Assembly: GCA_021797675.1 (NCBI GenBank) | Contig: JAJZZH010000105.1 | Location: 7,472 to 71,471, forward strand | Source: Bacillota bacterium | GTDB taxonomy: Bacteria; Bacillota; Sulfobacillia; Sulfobacillales; Sulfobacillaceae | Length of the DNA: 64,000 nucleotides | Reading direction: 5' to 3' | In this document: positions 62,744-64,000 of the stretch, piece after piece | Layout: each line of letters opens with the position of its first letter | Position numbering within the stretch: the first letter of the stretch is position 1 | Notes under the pieces: model-generated | Database searches by the model: none | Seen by the model: only the letters and a program-made list of their open reading frames with translations | What the model was told of the DNA's origin: nothing | Position numbers and translations under genes: made by a program

Positions 62744-63580
62744 CTACACTTGTTTGGCGGGCGGCGCAAACAATCCATCTTGCGACAGGGTGGGAACGAC
62801 CCCTTGCACGGTAAAGCCGATCCCGGCGGCCATGTTGGGGGCGGTGATGAGGCCCCGCTCGGCCATAATCATGGCCACATAATAGCGTACCGCCTGTTCT
62901 TCGTTGAGCCCAAACGCGCGCAGTGAGATCAGCTTCTTCATTAATTCGTCAGCGGGGGAGACCAGGACCTTGACGTTGTTAAGCGTGATGCCATAAATAC
63001 TCAAGAATTCCTGCAAATGGCCGTTGACCAGATCGGTGATGTCATGGATTCTTTCGTTGATTTGCTCAAGGGGCGTCACCTGGCACACTTGGTTGATGGC
63101 TTGTTCCAAAACGGGGGCCGCGTAGGTGTTGACTTCGTCGGTCTTGATAAAATGGCCCTCGTAAGGCATGTGCTGAACCAGCTTTAGGGCGTCCTCGGTG
63201 CTGTCCACATGAATGTAGTAATCGACCTGGTATTGCAACTGGGCCATTTCCCGCGAAAGTGCCCGGCCTTCCGCGCGGATAACCAGTTTGGCTCGGTTCA
63301 CGTAAATGGCTTCATACTGCCATGGGGATTGGCCGCCGTAAAACGCCTGCTGGATGGCTCCGGTCAGCACACGCTGCGGGGTTTCTACCGGATACTGTCC
63401 GGTTTCATAGACGTTCAAAATTGCGCCCCGGCTTTTGAGGACACAGAAATGGTTGGATTCCACCGTCAACAGGGAACCGTTTAGGATATCGTTACCAGGG
63501 TAATGGTAGAGCAGGATGGCCGGTCCCATGAGTTCTTCGCCTTGGCTGGTCAGCGTCGAGATAACATTGCGGATTGCCAT
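62744..63580 (-). CDS. SPFH/band-7-like domain protein
   Basis: QVTPLEQINERIHDITDLVNGHLQEFLSIYGITLNNVKVLV resembles the SPFH core; start at an internal Met of ORF 62744..63721. Confidence 0.4.
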   Translation of the reverse strand: MAIRNVISTLTSQGEELMGPAILLYHYPGNDILNGSLLTVESNHFCVLKSRGAILNVYETGQYPVETPQRVLTGAIQQAFYGGQSPWQYEAIYVNRAKLVIRAEGRALSREMAQLQYQVDYYIHVDSTEDALKLVQHMPYEGHFIKTDEVNTYAAPVLEQAINQVCQVTPLEQINERIHDITDLVNGHLQEFLSIYGITLNNVKVLVSPADELMKKLISLRAFGLNEEQAVRYYVAMIMAERGLITAPNMAAGIGFTVQGVVPTLSQDGLFAPPAKQV

Positions 63581-64000
63581 CAAAATTCCTCCTCGCGCAA
63601 AGTGAGTATCTGGCACAAATATTGATACTTTCTGTATTATACCGCATGCTGCTTCCGAACTGTGCTCGCTCGAAGTGCCGTTGTTAGCCTGCGGCTTGAG
63701 AAGACGCCAATAGAAGGGCATTGCTCCGCAATGTCCGTGCGGCCGTGGGGGATCCCCGGCACCCCCCTTTACCGGATCGATCGCCCCCGCCGAGAGGCCT
63801 AATCCTTACCCATTAGCCGCCATACATTACCATCGTATGAGGAGGCGACTATGTGTCTGAAGGGGTTAGGGTGACGCTCTCGCGACCGATGCCAGCCGCA
63901 AGGAACCGTCTCTTGGAGGCGCTATTGAGCGCACGCCAATAGCCCGTCGCAAAATGCGACGGGAATCTCCGCAAACCCGAACTTACCGCCCTGGCATCAG

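Overview
This is a high-GC (~60%) bacterial chromosomal window with Firmicutes-like gene content: a qoxABCD-type aa3 quinol oxidase, the YesL-like DUF624 protein, the DUF2089 pair, Bcp and GalK. Most of it is housekeeping or metabolic: a LacI/glycogen-debranching/sugar-ABC uptake locus, galactokinase, aconitase, inorganic pyrophosphatase, amidase, glycolate oxidase GlcDEF, a LysR regulator with tandem peroxiredoxins, and the quinol oxidase operon. Between ~9.0 and 16.6 kb lies an accessory island. It holds an IS66 transposase N-terminal remnant with an in-frame stop, an IS4-like transposase C-terminal remnant, a ParE/antitoxin pair, an intact rve (DDE) transposase, and a multiply frameshifted IscB. 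The IscB fragments carry PLMP, RuvC-I, arginine-rich bridge helix, HNH and RuvC-III motifs, with flanking palindromic hairpins and an ORF-free region upstream that could encode its omega-RNA. A second relic, an N-terminally truncated TnpB-like RuvC protein with a lost zinc finger and D->H at RuvC-III, lies at 42.5 kb. It sits next to a 48-bp tandem repeat array that is an inverted, diverged copy of a 48-bp array at the window start; the two arrays bracket ~43 kb. Two ORFs, LacI regulator/debranching enzyme and GlcD/GlcE, appear fused in frame. Gene start coordinates are derived from the supplied ORF track plus motif alignment by eye; no database searches were run.
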